Below, piece after piece: positions 1-13,167 of a stretch of DNA of 64,000 nt (its first letter is position 1; each line of letters starts with the position of its first letter). This DNA is from Dictyostelium discoideum (Eukaryota). The notes under the pieces are model-generated. The model did no database searches. It worked only from the letters and a program-made list of their open reading frames with translations, and was not told the origin of the DNA. The position numbers were made by a program, and so were the translations under genes. Where the stretch lies: positions 4,736,001 to 4,800,000 of the forward strand of contig CM000153.2 in assembly GCA_000004695.1 (NCBI GenBank), given 5' to 3'.

Positions 1-524
1 AAAAAAAATAAAAAAAAAATTAAAAAAAAAAAAAAGTGAAAAAAGAGAAAAAAAAAAAAAAAAAAAACTTTTTTTTAAAAAAAGCAACAAATAAGTTTTT
101 GCATTTGTCCATATGACGTATTATTATTTGATTCTAAAATCTGTGAACATTAAGTAATGTTTTTATACATGTTTAGTTGAATATAATACCTTTTTGGTCA
201 TTTTATTATTATTTGCTGTTTTTTTTTTAAGAAAAAAATTTTTAAAAAAATAAAAATAAAATAAAAAACGATTATGAAAAAAAAGAAAAAAAATAAAAAA
301 ATAAAAAAATAAAAATAAAAAAAAAACTTGAATAAAAAACTAAAATAAGGTTTATGTTTATAATATTATACAATTTTAGGTGTTGCAGGTAAATTTTTAA
401 AGTATTGTCTAATAGTTATCACGATTGATTTTTATATACCTGTTGAGTTTATTTTTAAAAAAAAAAAAAAAATAAAAAAAATAAAAAAAAAAATAAAAAA
501 AAAAATAAAAAAAAAAAAAATTGT

Positions 525-569
<45 letters not shown>

Positions 570-830
570 AATATCTTTTTTTTCAAACCAAAATATCTAA
601 AAAAAAAACTTTTTTTATGAAAGTATTGTTTATTTGAAAATACCAAAGGAGAGTGATTGTTATTTATGGAATAAATAAATAATAATAAATAATATAATAA
701 ATAAATAAATAAATAAATAAATAATATAATAAATAAATAATATAATAAATAAATAATAAATAATAAATAAATAAATAAATAAATAGATGTATTATTGTTG
801 CTAAGATAAATACTATAAAAAAAAAAAAAG

Positions 831-862
<32 letters not shown>

Positions 863-2030
863 CAACCTTGCTATTTTTATTTTTTCCTTTTTTTTTTATA
901 TTTTTATTTTTATTATTATTATTATTATTTTTTTTTTTTTTTTTTCACATTCAAATTATCACTAATAATAGTGTGTGAGTGGTTATGCTTTTTTTTTTTT
1001 TTTTTTTTACAATGTGGGATGTGTAATGTGTGGGTTATTTTATCATGTTGTTTGATTTATTGTTATTGAGATCGATTAGCTTTAATAATAACCGCTAATA
1101 ATAATAATAATAAAAACAAAACAAAATAAAATAAAATAAATAAAAAAAATAATAAAAATAAAATTTATTTGGATTGTTTTTATTTTTTTTTTTATTAATT
1201 TTTAATTTATTTATTTTTAATTTTTTTTATTTTTATAATTTTGATTTATGGGGGTGATGATGATGATAAAAAGTTTTGATTGATGATTTTATAATATAAA
1301 TTGGTGAGGTGTTTATATGAATAGGTGTTTCTGTGCTCTTAAAATTGCAATGTGAAATGATGATAAGTTTTAAGAGGTGTTCAGTGCGTTTGTGTTTTTG
1401 TTTAAAAGAAAAACCACAATCTTCTACTCACCCCCCCTCATAAATAGCACCATCCCCAAAAAAAAAAAAAAAAAAAAGGAAAGGATAAAAGAAAAGAAAG
1501 AAAAGAAACAAAAATCACCACCCAAAGTGATATTTCTATTTTTGTAATAAAAAAAAAGTAAAATAAATTATAATAATTAAAAAAAAAAAAAAAAAAAACT
1601 ATGGAATCCAATCATTCATGAATAAAAATAAAATAAAAAAAAGAAAATAAATAAATTTTTGGTGATAAAATTTTGGGTGATTAATTTTGGTTATAAACAT
1701 ATTGGTGTAGTGTATTATTATTTTTGGATTATGTGAATTAATTTTATTTGGTGCATAATCTTCATTTTATTATTATTATTATCTAAAAATAATAATGGTC
1801 ATTACTTTTTTATTTTTTTAATTATTTATTTTTTATTTTTCTTTAAGAAAAAAATTATAAAATTGCAAATATTCTAAAACTGAAGAGTTATCTAACTAGT
1901 TTGATAAGTGTGGGAATATATATTTAAATTTTTAGTTTAAAAAAAAAAAATAAAAATAAAAATAAAAAAAAAAAAAAAAGAATCCAACGGTTTTTATAAA
2001 TTTTAAGACCAAAAATTAAAATATGATAAA

Positions 2031-2110
2031 TTTTATTTTTATTTTTATTTTTATTTTTATTTTTATTTTTATTTTTATTTTTATTTTTTATTTTTTATTT
2101 TTTTTTATTT
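2031..2110. repeat. (ATTTTT)n hexanucleotide tandem repeat, ~11 units, intergenic
   Basis: Directly visible 'tttttatttttattttta…'. Similar hexamer arrays occur at 35161..35215 and 37085..37180. Confidence 0.9.
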
Positions 2111-2364
2111 TTCAAGTAGACACAAGATATTTTCACATCAAATTATCATGGGTGGACATCTGACAAATTACCACAATTATTATTTTTTTATTCATTTTTT
2201 TTTATTCATTTTTTTTTTTAATTATTATTATTATTTTAAAATGAATAATTATAAATAAATATTTCAACATTTATTAATTTTTTTTTTTTTAATTTTATTT
2301 TTATTTATTTATTTTTTGTTTTTATTTTATTTATTTGTTTTTATTTTTATTTTTTTTTAAATAT

Positions 2365-5300
2365 TTATTGACCAATCTTTCTGGAATTGAATTTTGAAAT
2401 TTTAGTTTGTGAAGATTGAACACAAATTGGACAATTACTAAATGAAACTTCTAATCCTTGTTGTTGTTGTTTTTGTTGCTGTTGTTGTTGTAGTTGTTGT
2501 TGTTGTTGTTGTTGTTGTAATTGTTGTTTTTGTTGTTGAGTTAATTGTTGTTGGGGTTGATTTGGATTGGTTGTAGTTGTTGAATCATTAGATTTCAAAC
2601 ATCTACTATGATAAGTATGATTACAAAAATATAAAACTATTGAACTATCAGGACGTGGTAAAATGATTGGTTGACAACAAGTGGCACATTTAGTAAGATC
2701 TTCAACCACTCTACCCATTCTTAGAGAGTCAACTAATGCCTCTTCCAAATTTACACAATCACTCTTTAGAATTTCTCTACAACCTTCACGAAGTGACATT
2801 TGAAGATTATAATCAGAGAGAATCTTAACTAGACGATCACGTAAATCTTCAATTTCCATTTTCTCTGGAATCAATCGAATCAATTTGATTGGATCAACGT
2901 TTGAACCTATATTTTCGAGTAGTTCACTAATGTAGAGTGAGTTATTCATTGATTTGTTGATGAGATATTCCCAAAGTTCTTCATCCTTTTGTTGTTCAAC
3001 AAACTCGACGGCATCTTTAATCTTGTGAAGTTTATCCAAAATTAAATTGAGTGCCTCTTTGGCATTACCAATACGACCCAACAAATAGACCATCTCTTCG
3101 TAGAGTTGTTTTTTTGAACATTCTTCCAAAGCTTTCTCCAATGAATAGTGACCACTATTTTTGAGGAAAGTCAACAAGAGTTCAGGTTCATATTGAGCGT
3201 ACAATTGAATTTGAATTTCATGGAAATCCGAAGCGATATGGGCATCCTTTAAAAACAATGTATGAAGATAACGATGTAAATACTCTCTACGATCTTTTAG
3301 CTGACTAACCACAACGGGTATTGGAATTCTATCGGTATTTGCCACCAATAGTTTAATGGCTTCGTTTTGATTGTAATCTATGAATAGAATGATCTTGTTT
3401 TGAATGGAGTTGAATAAAAGGTCAGGATAACGTGAAATCAATTCAAAGACATTACCACGTTTCAACTTTAAGTAGATATCCAAAGTTTTCTCCATATTGT
3501 TATCGTAGGTGTAGAGTTGTGCCAATGCAATCATAATGGTTTCGTTGGGCTGTCTTGAAAGCTTATCCTCGACTGCAGTGATAATGGCTTGAATGTTATA
3601 CAATGATGACGACCATTCTGTTACGGTCTTTAAGAATGAGTCTGGGTCGTTCTGAAGGAAATGGTTTAAAAACATCTCATAGATTGCACAACTTAATGAT
3701 GGATTACCAATTGGAATATATTGACAAAGTGGTTGAAGTCCACCCAAATTCAAGAATCTATAGACCCATTTCTCCCATAGTAAAGGATCACGTTGGCAAA
3801 TCTTTGGACATAACGAAGCCGCTTTTCTAATATCCTTCTTCTCCAAAAGGTAATCGATATATCTTTCACCCACTTCCCTAATCTTTGTTGGTGGTAGTGA
3901 TTTAATGGTCTTAATATCACGCTCAACTGCGTCCAATGCCTCATCATACTTTAACTTCTCCATTAACCAAGTTAAATGGTCATCTAAATTTCTTGGTTTA
4001 GCCGCAACCACATCCTTTGGACAAACAATGTAGAATATCGATTCATCGGTATTATAATCCAATCTATAATCGGTTGCTTTATAATGTTGATAGCCATTAA
4101 CCGATAGATTATCAGTGGTAATGGAGGAATTGGTCTTCCTTGATACAATATGAATCGATGGTTTTGAAGCACCATCCACTCTACCTTGATTCCAGGCACC
4201 CGTAATATTCGGACTGGTATTTGGATTGGTTGAACCACTATTTGTCAACATTTTTGGTGTTGCTGAAACTGACGAGAGGTCATCTTGGGCCTCGATCGTT
4301 GTGGCGTCATTGTAACCAAGTATGACCAATTCCTCAGCGAATGGTGCGATACCACCAATCCAATATTTTGTATTGAACTGATTCATAATCTGAGCGATCT
4401 TCACAGTATGGCCCGTTGTCATATCAACCTTTTCAGTGATTTGAATGACCTCCACACTCTTTGCCCAACCAATGATCAATTGGTTAGGTTTCTCCCAACA
4501 TAAACAACATCTATACAATTCACCTCTTGGTGATCCTTCCTTTCTAGGTATATGTGCAATACGAGTATTAGTTGAACAATCATAAATCTTTACACCTTGA
4601 TCATTAGCCCATGCAATGAAAATACCACTCCATTTAATTGCATAAATTGGTCCCTCTCCTGAATGAATTATAGTTTCCTTTGATCTAAACCAACCTTTTG
4701 AATTCATCACTAATTGACCTTGTTTACCACCACTTACAAATTGTCTTGTATTCTTATTTGTAAATTCTGGATCTAATGCTATAGCTGTTATTGGTCTTGT
4801 ATAATTATATATAAATTGTTCACCACTTTTATCAAATGGATTAATTACAACTTTACCTGTAAAAAAAAAAAAAGCAAACAAATAAATAAATAAATATGTT
4901 TATATATTATATATTATATATATATGATTACTATATTGTTTTTTTAAAACTTACCATCTTGTGAACAAGAAGCAATATAATCACCTTTTGGGTCAATAAC
5001 AATCTCAGTGATTGTTGAATTTTGAGTATCATATCTTTTAATTTCATTACCATCAAAATCGTGAATGGTAACAGAACCCCAATGTGTACCTAATACTAAG
5101 AATTTTGGATGAATTGCCATACAACTTGCACTATCTTTTTTTAAAATCTCTGTAATACCATGTCCTAATCTATTGTATTTTAAAATTGGTTCAATTTCAT
5201 CATCAACTTTACCTTCTTCATCCTCTTCATATTCAATCTCTTCATCTTCATCTTCATCACCTGTTGTTGCCGGTGCATTATTTTCACTATCTTCATATTC

Positions 5301-5726
5301 AATATTTCTAATAGTTCTATTTGGTGATGTAAATCCATTTTGTTGTTGTTGTTGTTGTTGTTCTTGTTGTTGTTGATATTGTTTTTTTAAATTTGTATTT
5401 GTATTTGTATTATTATTTGCATTTGTATTATTATTTGTATTTGTATTTGTATTATTATTATTTTCATTTTCATCTTCATCATATTCTTGCCCATTATCAT
5501 TTTGATGTGAAGTTGGTGGATTATAACCTATATCGAATATTATTGGTTTTGCAGTACTACCATTATCTAAAAAATTTGTACCGTTTGGTATGAATGCACC
5601 AGACTTTATTGGTGTACTCTCTATAATATATTCATTACCATCTTCATCAACCTCAACTTCTACCTCTTCATATTCAAATTCCTCTTCATATTCATCTCCA
5701 TTCTCGTCAATATATCTAGTTGACAT
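2365..5726 (-). CDS. vps41: Vacuolar protein sorting 41 (HOPS complex subunit), 2 exons: 5726..4955 and 4856..2365; ~1087 aa
   Basis: Exon 1 (ORF 4944..5726) has an acidic N-terminus then WD40/beta-propeller-like sequence with the Vps41-typical 'PILKYNRLGHGITEIL...LVLGTHWGSVTIHDFDGNEI' motif. It ends ...CAA GAT G|GTAAGTTTT. Acceptor tttttttacag|GT AAA GTT restores frame (…SQDG-KVVINPFDK) into the 838-aa ORF 2365..4881. The C-terminus has clathrin-heavy-chain-repeat-like helices and a RING-H2 finger (CATCCQPI...CNHTYHSRCL) preceded by a poly-Gln tract encoded by (TTG)n on plus. Confidence 0.85.
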
Positions 5727-6370
5727 TATTTAATGATTTATATTTTATAATTTTTGTATTTATTGTTTTTTTTTATTGTTTTTATTGTTTTTATTAAAGG
5801 TAGTTGTTACACTTGGGAAGTATAATAATAATGATAATAATAATAATTTCTGTGATTATTTGTTTGTTCTCTTTCTTTCTTTTATTATTTTTTTATTTTT
5901 ATTTTTATTTTTTTATTTTTTTTTTTTTGTTTTTTTTTTTATTTTTATTATATATATATAATACACCAATTCCACACAAACACACCTATCTAATTATTTT
6001 ATTATATTTCTAATATTTTTAAAAGGTTTTTATACATATATATACATATATAATATTTTTATCGTCAAGGGGGTGATGTGGTTATTATACAAAATATTAA
6101 AAATTAAAAAAATAAAAAAAAAAAAAAATTAAAAAAAAAAATAAAAAAAAAAAAAAAAAAAATTAAAAAAAAAAAAGTTTTTCAATTTTTCAAAAATATC
6201 ATAATTTTTTTTATTTAACCAAAAATGATGATGTGTGAGGATATTTATTTGATTAGAAAAAAAAAAAAAAATAAAAAGAATTTATGTTATATTTAAAAAA
6301 TAAAAAAATAAATAAAATAAAAAAAAAGATGGTGCAACTTGATTTGGTTGTTTATTTTTGGTTATTATTT

Positions 6371-9016
6371 TTACAATTTTGTAGTTGGTGTTGATTTATT
6401 ATTATTATTATTATCTTTATTTTTATTATTATCATTATTATTTGATCTTATTGATTTTTTAGTTGATGGTAATTGGTCAACTTTGTTTGTAAGTTTATGA
6501 TATTCTGCCTTTAGGGTATTGATTAATTCATCTAAATATTTAATTCTAGTTGTATGATAATCATCAACAGCTTTCAAAACTGATGGAATGTTATCTTGTT
6601 GTTCGTTGGTATCATTGGAATTGGAAGAGTTTGATTTTGTTCTTTGAATTAATTGACGTTCCTCTAAAAGACGATCCAAAGTTTCAACGATTTTTTCAAC
6701 TTCTTTATTGAATATACCTTGTTTCTCTAACCTTCTTTTTAAACCCATATAATAATCACTAATTGGATGAGTTGGTGGTTTCATATCAGCAAAGAATGGG
6801 AACATATAATAAAATGTATGACTATGTGATACAACTCCACCTTGTGTTAAATTATTAAATTGTTGGACATTAACATTATTAATAAATTCAAGTAATCTAT
6901 TATTACTATTATAATTATTATTATCACTAGTGATTTCATTGTTTAGTAATGTTTGTGTTGTAGCAGAGGTGGTAGTTGTTGTTGTTGTATTTAATAAAGA
7001 ATCGTTTGACCAAAACCAATTAAAACCATCACTACCACTAGTTTTTATACAAAGATCATTTATGAAAGATTTGTATTTTTTGTTATAAAATTTATGAATA
7101 TTTTCGTGAATCTCTGCAAATGTAAGAGATGGAAGTGATTTACTATCCCTATAATAGGAATGAATGAATTGACTAAATGTTTCAGTTGCTTTTTTAATAT
7201 TCCAAATACCTGTATCCCAAAATTCAGCTTCTATTTCATTAATTGATTCAGTGATTGTATCATGCACAAAAAATATTGGCACCATAGTTGGGATTAGTTC
7301 AAGTTGTATACTTTGGTTTTTATTATTATCATTATTATTTGTTATGGTTTTCTTTGCAGTGGTGGATGATGAAGTGGATGAATTATTTGGTTTGTTTACA
7401 TCTTCTATAATATCTTCAGTTTCATTATTATGAATTTCATTATTATTATTGTTATTGTTATTATTATTATTATTATTATTATCATCATTATTATTATTAT
7501 TATTATCATCTTCATCATCTTCATCATCAACATCCATTGAATCATCTTCATGTTCTGATGAGGATGATGAAGAGGCAGTTGTAGATTGAATTTGGTGATT
7601 AATTTCCTTTATTTTTGAAATCGTATGATCTTCACCTTCATAAATGATGATTTCATCACCATCATCAATATCTTCCTCATCTTCGTCATCTTCATCATCA
7701 TCTTCATCATCCTCATCCTCGTCTTCATCACCTTTACCAAGATCATCCAAATCTATAACTTCATCAGCATCAACTCCAGCTTCATCACTATCACTATCTT
7801 CATTATCTTGAATCATTAAACTACCACCACCTAATTGATTATAAACTTTTTGAGTATGGTAGGCCCAAATGAAACGATACCATAATTCCAATACTAAGAA
7901 ACCAAACCAAACTTTAAATAGACTTGAGGGTTTCATAACTGATGGTTTTAAAAACATTTTATTAGTTGTTTTAACCCACCATAACTCTTTTTGTAACTTT
8001 AAGAATTTATTATTATCAACTAATAATGTTGATGATGAATTTTTTAAATTTAAATTATATAAATCTTGTATTATTATTAATTTAGATTTATTAGATTCAA
8101 TCAATTCTACATTACAAAGTATTTTAATTAATTCTTTTGTATCAATACCATCTATAGGTCATATGAAAAAAAAATAAAAAAAATAATTAATATTAGTAAA
8201 TAGTACCCCATATATATTTACTATTTAAATTAAAATTATACATACGTTGCTCTAATTTTAATAAATGGTTTGAAGTGAAAGGTGTTGTTTCAATATTTAA
8301 ATCTTTTGAAAATAACCAATCTTTTAAATCTAAATAAAATAATGCATATAGATTTGGTGGCATTGAGATTAAAAAAGAGAATGGTTCTAATATATTTAAG
8401 GTTTTTGAAACTTTTAATTTCTTTTTTTTTTTTAATGACGGAGATGTTTTCTTTGATTTTAATGTTGGTACTGTTTTATCAATATCATTCTCATCCTCAT
8501 TATCATCATCTGCATCATCATAAAATATATTACTAGTTGAATTGTTTTCTGTAGAATTTGTTGTTGTTGTTGTTGTGGTTGTTGTTGATGTTGTTTTTGT
8601 TGTATTATTTTCACTATCACTATTTTTATTGTCATTTGTTGATTTTGAAGGTTTTTTTCTCATTCTTTCTTTTCTTTTCCTTTTTTCTTTAATTTCCTTT
8701 TCTTTTTCAATCATTTTTTTATTCCTACTTTCTGTGACCATATTAATTGTTGTTGCTGGTGCAGATGTTGCTGGTGCAGATGTTGAAAAAGGTTGAGATT
8801 TTGAAAAAAATGCACTAAACATTGATGATATTGGTGCTGATAAATCATAGTTAAAGTTAAAAGGATTGGCATTTGTAGCTGAGGAAGATGCATTTGTTGA
8901 AGGTGATGCAGAGTTTGTTGCAGATGAAGAATCGATACTAGTTGATATTAGTTTAGGTGTTATTCTTTTTTTTTTAGGTTGATTATTATGATTATTATTA
9001 TTATTATTATTATTAA

Positions 9017-9050
<34 letters not shown>

Positions 9051-9221
9051 TAGTGGGGTTGAAGATGATATTGATAATGATATTAGTTCTGGTATCATAT
9101 GATCGCTAATTTCGTTGCTGTCATTTTTTAAGTCTTTAGAATCTTTTATTTTATTTGCAATATCACATGAAATTGGCTCTTCATCTTTGATTTTCAACTC
9201 TTCAAATTTCAAATTATTCAT
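6371..9221 (-). CDS. Hypothetical protein (~918 aa), 2 exons: 9221..8246 and 8151..6371. Ser/Thr/Asn-rich N-terminal half, one predicted TM segment, long Asp/Glu tract, conserved-looking C-terminal domain
   Basis: ORF 8193..9221 ends ...LEQ R with GTATGT at 8245. Acceptor cctatag|AT GGT ATT at 8151 is phase-compatible (C+AT = His) and runs into ORF 6371..8104, whose 'M' is an internal TTG. Hydrophobic stretch 'VWFGFLVLELWYRFIWAY'. Acidic run DEDEDEDDEDDDEDDEDEED. No family recognised from memory. Confidence 0.6.
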
Positions 9222-9258
9222 TTATAGTATTTTTATTTTATTAATATTATTATTTCTA

Positions 9259-9290
<32 letters not shown>

Positions 9291-9861
9291 GTTTTTATTA
9301 TTTTTATCTATGTTTACAAATGCACTAAAGAGATAAATGTGAGTGAAATAAAGAATGAAAAAAAAAAAATTAAAAAAATAAAAAAAAATTAAAAAAAAAA
9401 AATTAAAAAAATAAAAAAAAAAAATTTAAAAAATAATTTCTAAGAAAATAAAATTAGTTTGTAATTTAACAACTTTGATGAAAAAAAAAATAAAAATAAA
9501 AATAAAAATAAAAATAAAAAAAAAAAAAATATAAATAAAAAAAAATAAAATAAAAATACTTACTTTTATGGTTACTTGTTATTACTTCTTTTTATAAATT
9601 TTCAATTTATTATTTAAAAATTAATTAAAAAAATAAAAAAAAGAAATAAAAAAAATATATTTTTTTATTTTTTTTTATTTTTTTTTTTTTTTTTTCATTT
9701 TATTTTCGCGCCAATTTCATTTTTTTTTTTTTTTCTTTTTTTTTTTTTTAAAATAATTTTGTTTTCCATTATATTATTTATCTCTATATTTTTAATTTAA
9801 ATAATAGAAACCAAATAATAATAATAATATAATAATATAATTGTAAAAATAAAAATAAAAA

Positions 9862-9870
9862 ATGTCACAA

Positions 9871-9927
<57 letters not shown>

Positions 9928-12900
9928 AGAAAAACAAAAACGCCATCGTCAGTGAATCATAATAATACAAAAATAAATGAAGATAAAGATTTATATAATT
10001 TCATTGATAAGATAAGAGATAAAACAGATAAATCACATTTAGAAGATGAATATGATGAAGATGATAATACTAAAGATGGTAAATTTAATAAAGTAGAAGA
10101 TGAAATTAAAAATGATATAGATAGTGAAGAGGATGACGATGATATTATAGAAGATAATGAACATTTATATGATGGAGATGAAGATAGTGAAAATTTATCA
10201 TCAGAGGGTGAGGGTGATGATCTTTTAGATGAAGATTTACAAGATCAAGATGAAGAAGAGGTATTGGGAGATGAAGATAATCATTATGAAATGGAAGGTT
10301 TAGATAATGAAACCTATGAAGATATTGATAAAGATAAGAAAACAGAAGTTGATTCAATCTTAACGAAACGTGATCGTGAAGAACAAAAAACAAGACAAGC
10401 TACAAATCGTCATCAATACAGAATTAGCTCTTTTCTTTTAGATGAAAATGATGAAAATATGGTTGATGAGGATACAGAAAATAATAAATTATTAGGTAAA
10501 TATTATTGTGTATTTAAAAATCAATAAATAAATAAATAAATAAATATATTAATTTTTTTTTTTTTTTTTTTTTTTTAGAAAAAAGAAAAGCAAATTTAAT
10601 TAAAAAAAGAAGAGAAACAATTAGACAACAAAATGATAATATAAAGAAAGATTATGATGGATCAGTACCATCATTTAAAGATGGATTTGTTAATAGTGAA
10701 CGTTATTTTGAAGATGGTGATGGTGATGATGATGATGATGATGATGATTTTGATATTGGTGATAATGGACAAGTTGTAAATTTGGAGGAGCCAGATAAGG
10801 ATAAATGTTTAAGGGAATATGTTTGTATGTCAGGACCAAGAAATGAGATATCGAAGCAGTTTGCAAAGTTTTTATTAGAGTTTAAGGAAAAGGATGGCTT
10901 TAATCCAATTTATCAAGAGTCAATTCAAAAGATGTGTGCAGCAAATAAAGAGAGTTTAATGATTAATTTCACACATCTTTGTGCATCAACAGTGTTTGGT
11001 GTGTGGGTGGCAGAGATACCAACAGAAATGATAGAGATATTCGACGAGGTGGCTTTGAAAGTCGTATTGCGTATCTATCCAAACTATCGTAACATTGTTA
11101 AATCAATTCATGTTCGTATCACACATTTACCAATTTGTGAATCACTTAGAGATATCCGTCAATCAAATTTAAATAAACTTACCAAAGTTGGTGGCGTAAT
11201 CACTCGTCGTTCAAACGTTTACCCACAATTGAAACATGTTAAATATGATTGTGTCAAATGTAAAACCACATTGGGCCCATTCAGTTTGGATGGTACTTTC
11301 AATGATAGTAAACCACCCATTGGTTTATGTCCACAATGTCAAAGTAAAGGTCCATTCGTTATGAATTCAGAACAAACAGTTTATCGTGACTTTCAAAAGG
11401 TAACATTACAAGAGTCACCAGGCACCGTACCACCAGGTCGTTTACCAAGAACCAAAGATATCATCTTGATGGATGATCTCATTGATACAGTTCGTCCTGG
11501 TGAAGAGGTTGAAATCACAGGTATCTATAAACATAATTTCGATTTGAAATTGAATTATTCTCAAGGTTTCCCAGTATTCTCAACAATCATCGAAGCAAAT
11601 CATATCAATAAGAAGGAGGATTTACTCTCATCATTCATTTTAACTGATGAAGATGAACGTGAAATTCGTAAGCTTTCAAAGGATAGTAACATCGCTCAAA
11701 AGATCATTCAATCTATCGCTCCATCAATCTATGGTCATGAAGATATTAAAACAGGTTTGGCTTTGGCTTTGTTTGGTGGTACACCAAAGGATGTAAATAA
11801 TAAACATCGTATCAGAGGTGATATCAATGTATTGTTAATTGGTGATCCAGGTGTTGCTAAAAGTCAATTCCTTAAATATGTAGAGAAAACAGCTCATCGT
11901 GCAGTTTATACAACAGGTCAAGGTGCTTCTGCTGTTGGTTTAACTGCTGCCGTTCGTATGGACCCACTAACAAGAGAATGGACATTGGAAGGTGGTGCAT
12001 TGGTATTGGCAGATCGTGGTGTTTGTATGATTGATGAATTTGATAAAATGAATGATCAAGATCGTACCTCAATTCATGAAGCTATGGAACAACAATCTAT
12101 CTCCATCTCAAAAGCGGGTATTGTAACCACACTAACTGCACGTTGTTCTGTAATTGCTGCTGCAAATCCAAAGAGAGGTAAATATGATTCCGGTTTGAAT
12201 TTACTTCAAAACGTAGAACTCACCGAACCAATTTTATCACGTTTCGATATTATTTGTGTCGTAAAGGATACCATCGATTCATTCAAAGATAGAGAGTTGG
12301 CAAGATTCGTTGTTGCAAGTCATATAAATTCACATCCCGATAATCAAAATAATCCAGAGAATGATTATTTGAATAGAGCAACTAAACAATCACCAATCTC
12401 TCAAGAATTACTTAGAAAATATATCATCTATGCAAAACGTATTAAACCTAGAATCACCGATATCGATAAGAATAAAATCTCTCAACTATATACTGATCTA
12501 CGTAGGGAATCAAGAGCTGGTGGATTTGCTATGACAGTTCGTCATGTTGAATCCATTGTTCGTATGGCTGAAGCTCACGCTAAAATGCATCTTCGTGATT
12601 ATGTCACCGATTTCGATGTAAATACAAGTATTCGTGTTATGTTGGATAGTTTCATCAATGCTCAAAAGAATTCAATGTATAAAAATCTTCGTACTAAATT
12701 CGCACCTTATGTAATCTTCCAAAAGGATATCAATCAACTCTTAACTCAATTACTTCAAACATTGGCAAGAGATTTTTCAAATTATCATTTCGCAAGAAGT
12801 GGTGATATTCCCGATCAAATCAATATACCCTATGATGATTTTGATACAAAAGCTCGTGAACTTGGTATTAGTGATATCACCTCTTTTTTTAGATCAAATG

Positions 12901-12971
12901 AATTTACTTCAAATAATCAATTCACTTTAAAAAAAGATAAATCAACTATTATTTATTATAGAAATAAATAA
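9862..12971 (+). CDS. mcm2: DNA replication licensing factor MCM2, 2 exons: 9862..10495 and 10579..12971 (~1008 aa)
   Basis: Exon 1: poly-Asn then acidic Ser/Asp/Glu-rich N-terminus typical of MCM2. It ends TTA G|GTAAAT. A poly-T acceptor ...ttttttag|AA AAA AGA restores frame. Exon 2 has the MCM2 N-terminal block ([14 protein letters not shown]...FLLEF...[10 protein letters not shown]), a C4 zinc finger (CVKCKTT...[10 protein letters not shown]) and the MCM AAA+ core: Walker [14 protein letters not shown], Walker [25 protein letters not shown], arginine finger SRFD. Confidence 0.9.
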
Positions 12972-12977
12972 ATTAAT

Positions 12978-13012
<35 letters not shown>

Positions 13013-13017
13013 TACTC

Positions 13018-13055
<38 letters not shown>

Positions 13056-13167
13056 ATATAATAATAATTTAATAATATACTACTACAATATTATTAATAT
13101 AAATTATATATATTTTTAATGATGAAAAATTAATATTTATTTAAAATTAATTTTTTTTTTTTTTTTT

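Noticed and set aside
566-865. 99-aa minus-strand ORF (MFFFSFFFF…IYLFIYLL…)
   Set aside because: It is encoded entirely by poly-T and (TTTA)n/(ATAA)n low-complexity DNA downstream of vps41. It has no start context and is a repeat read-through artefact.
1300-1460. GC-richer island ('ggtgaggtg…cagtgcgtttgtg…ctcaccccccctca') inspected as a possible tRNA/snRNA
   Set aside because: No tRNA hallmarks (no GTTCGA T-loop or acceptor-stem complementarity) could be found by eye. It is left unannotated.
5173-5593. Plus-strand ORFs 5173..5376 and 5393..5593 inside vps41 exon 1
   Set aside because: They are antisense to a conserved, spliced vps41 exon, and their products (poly-Ser, poly-Tyr/Leu) are low complexity.
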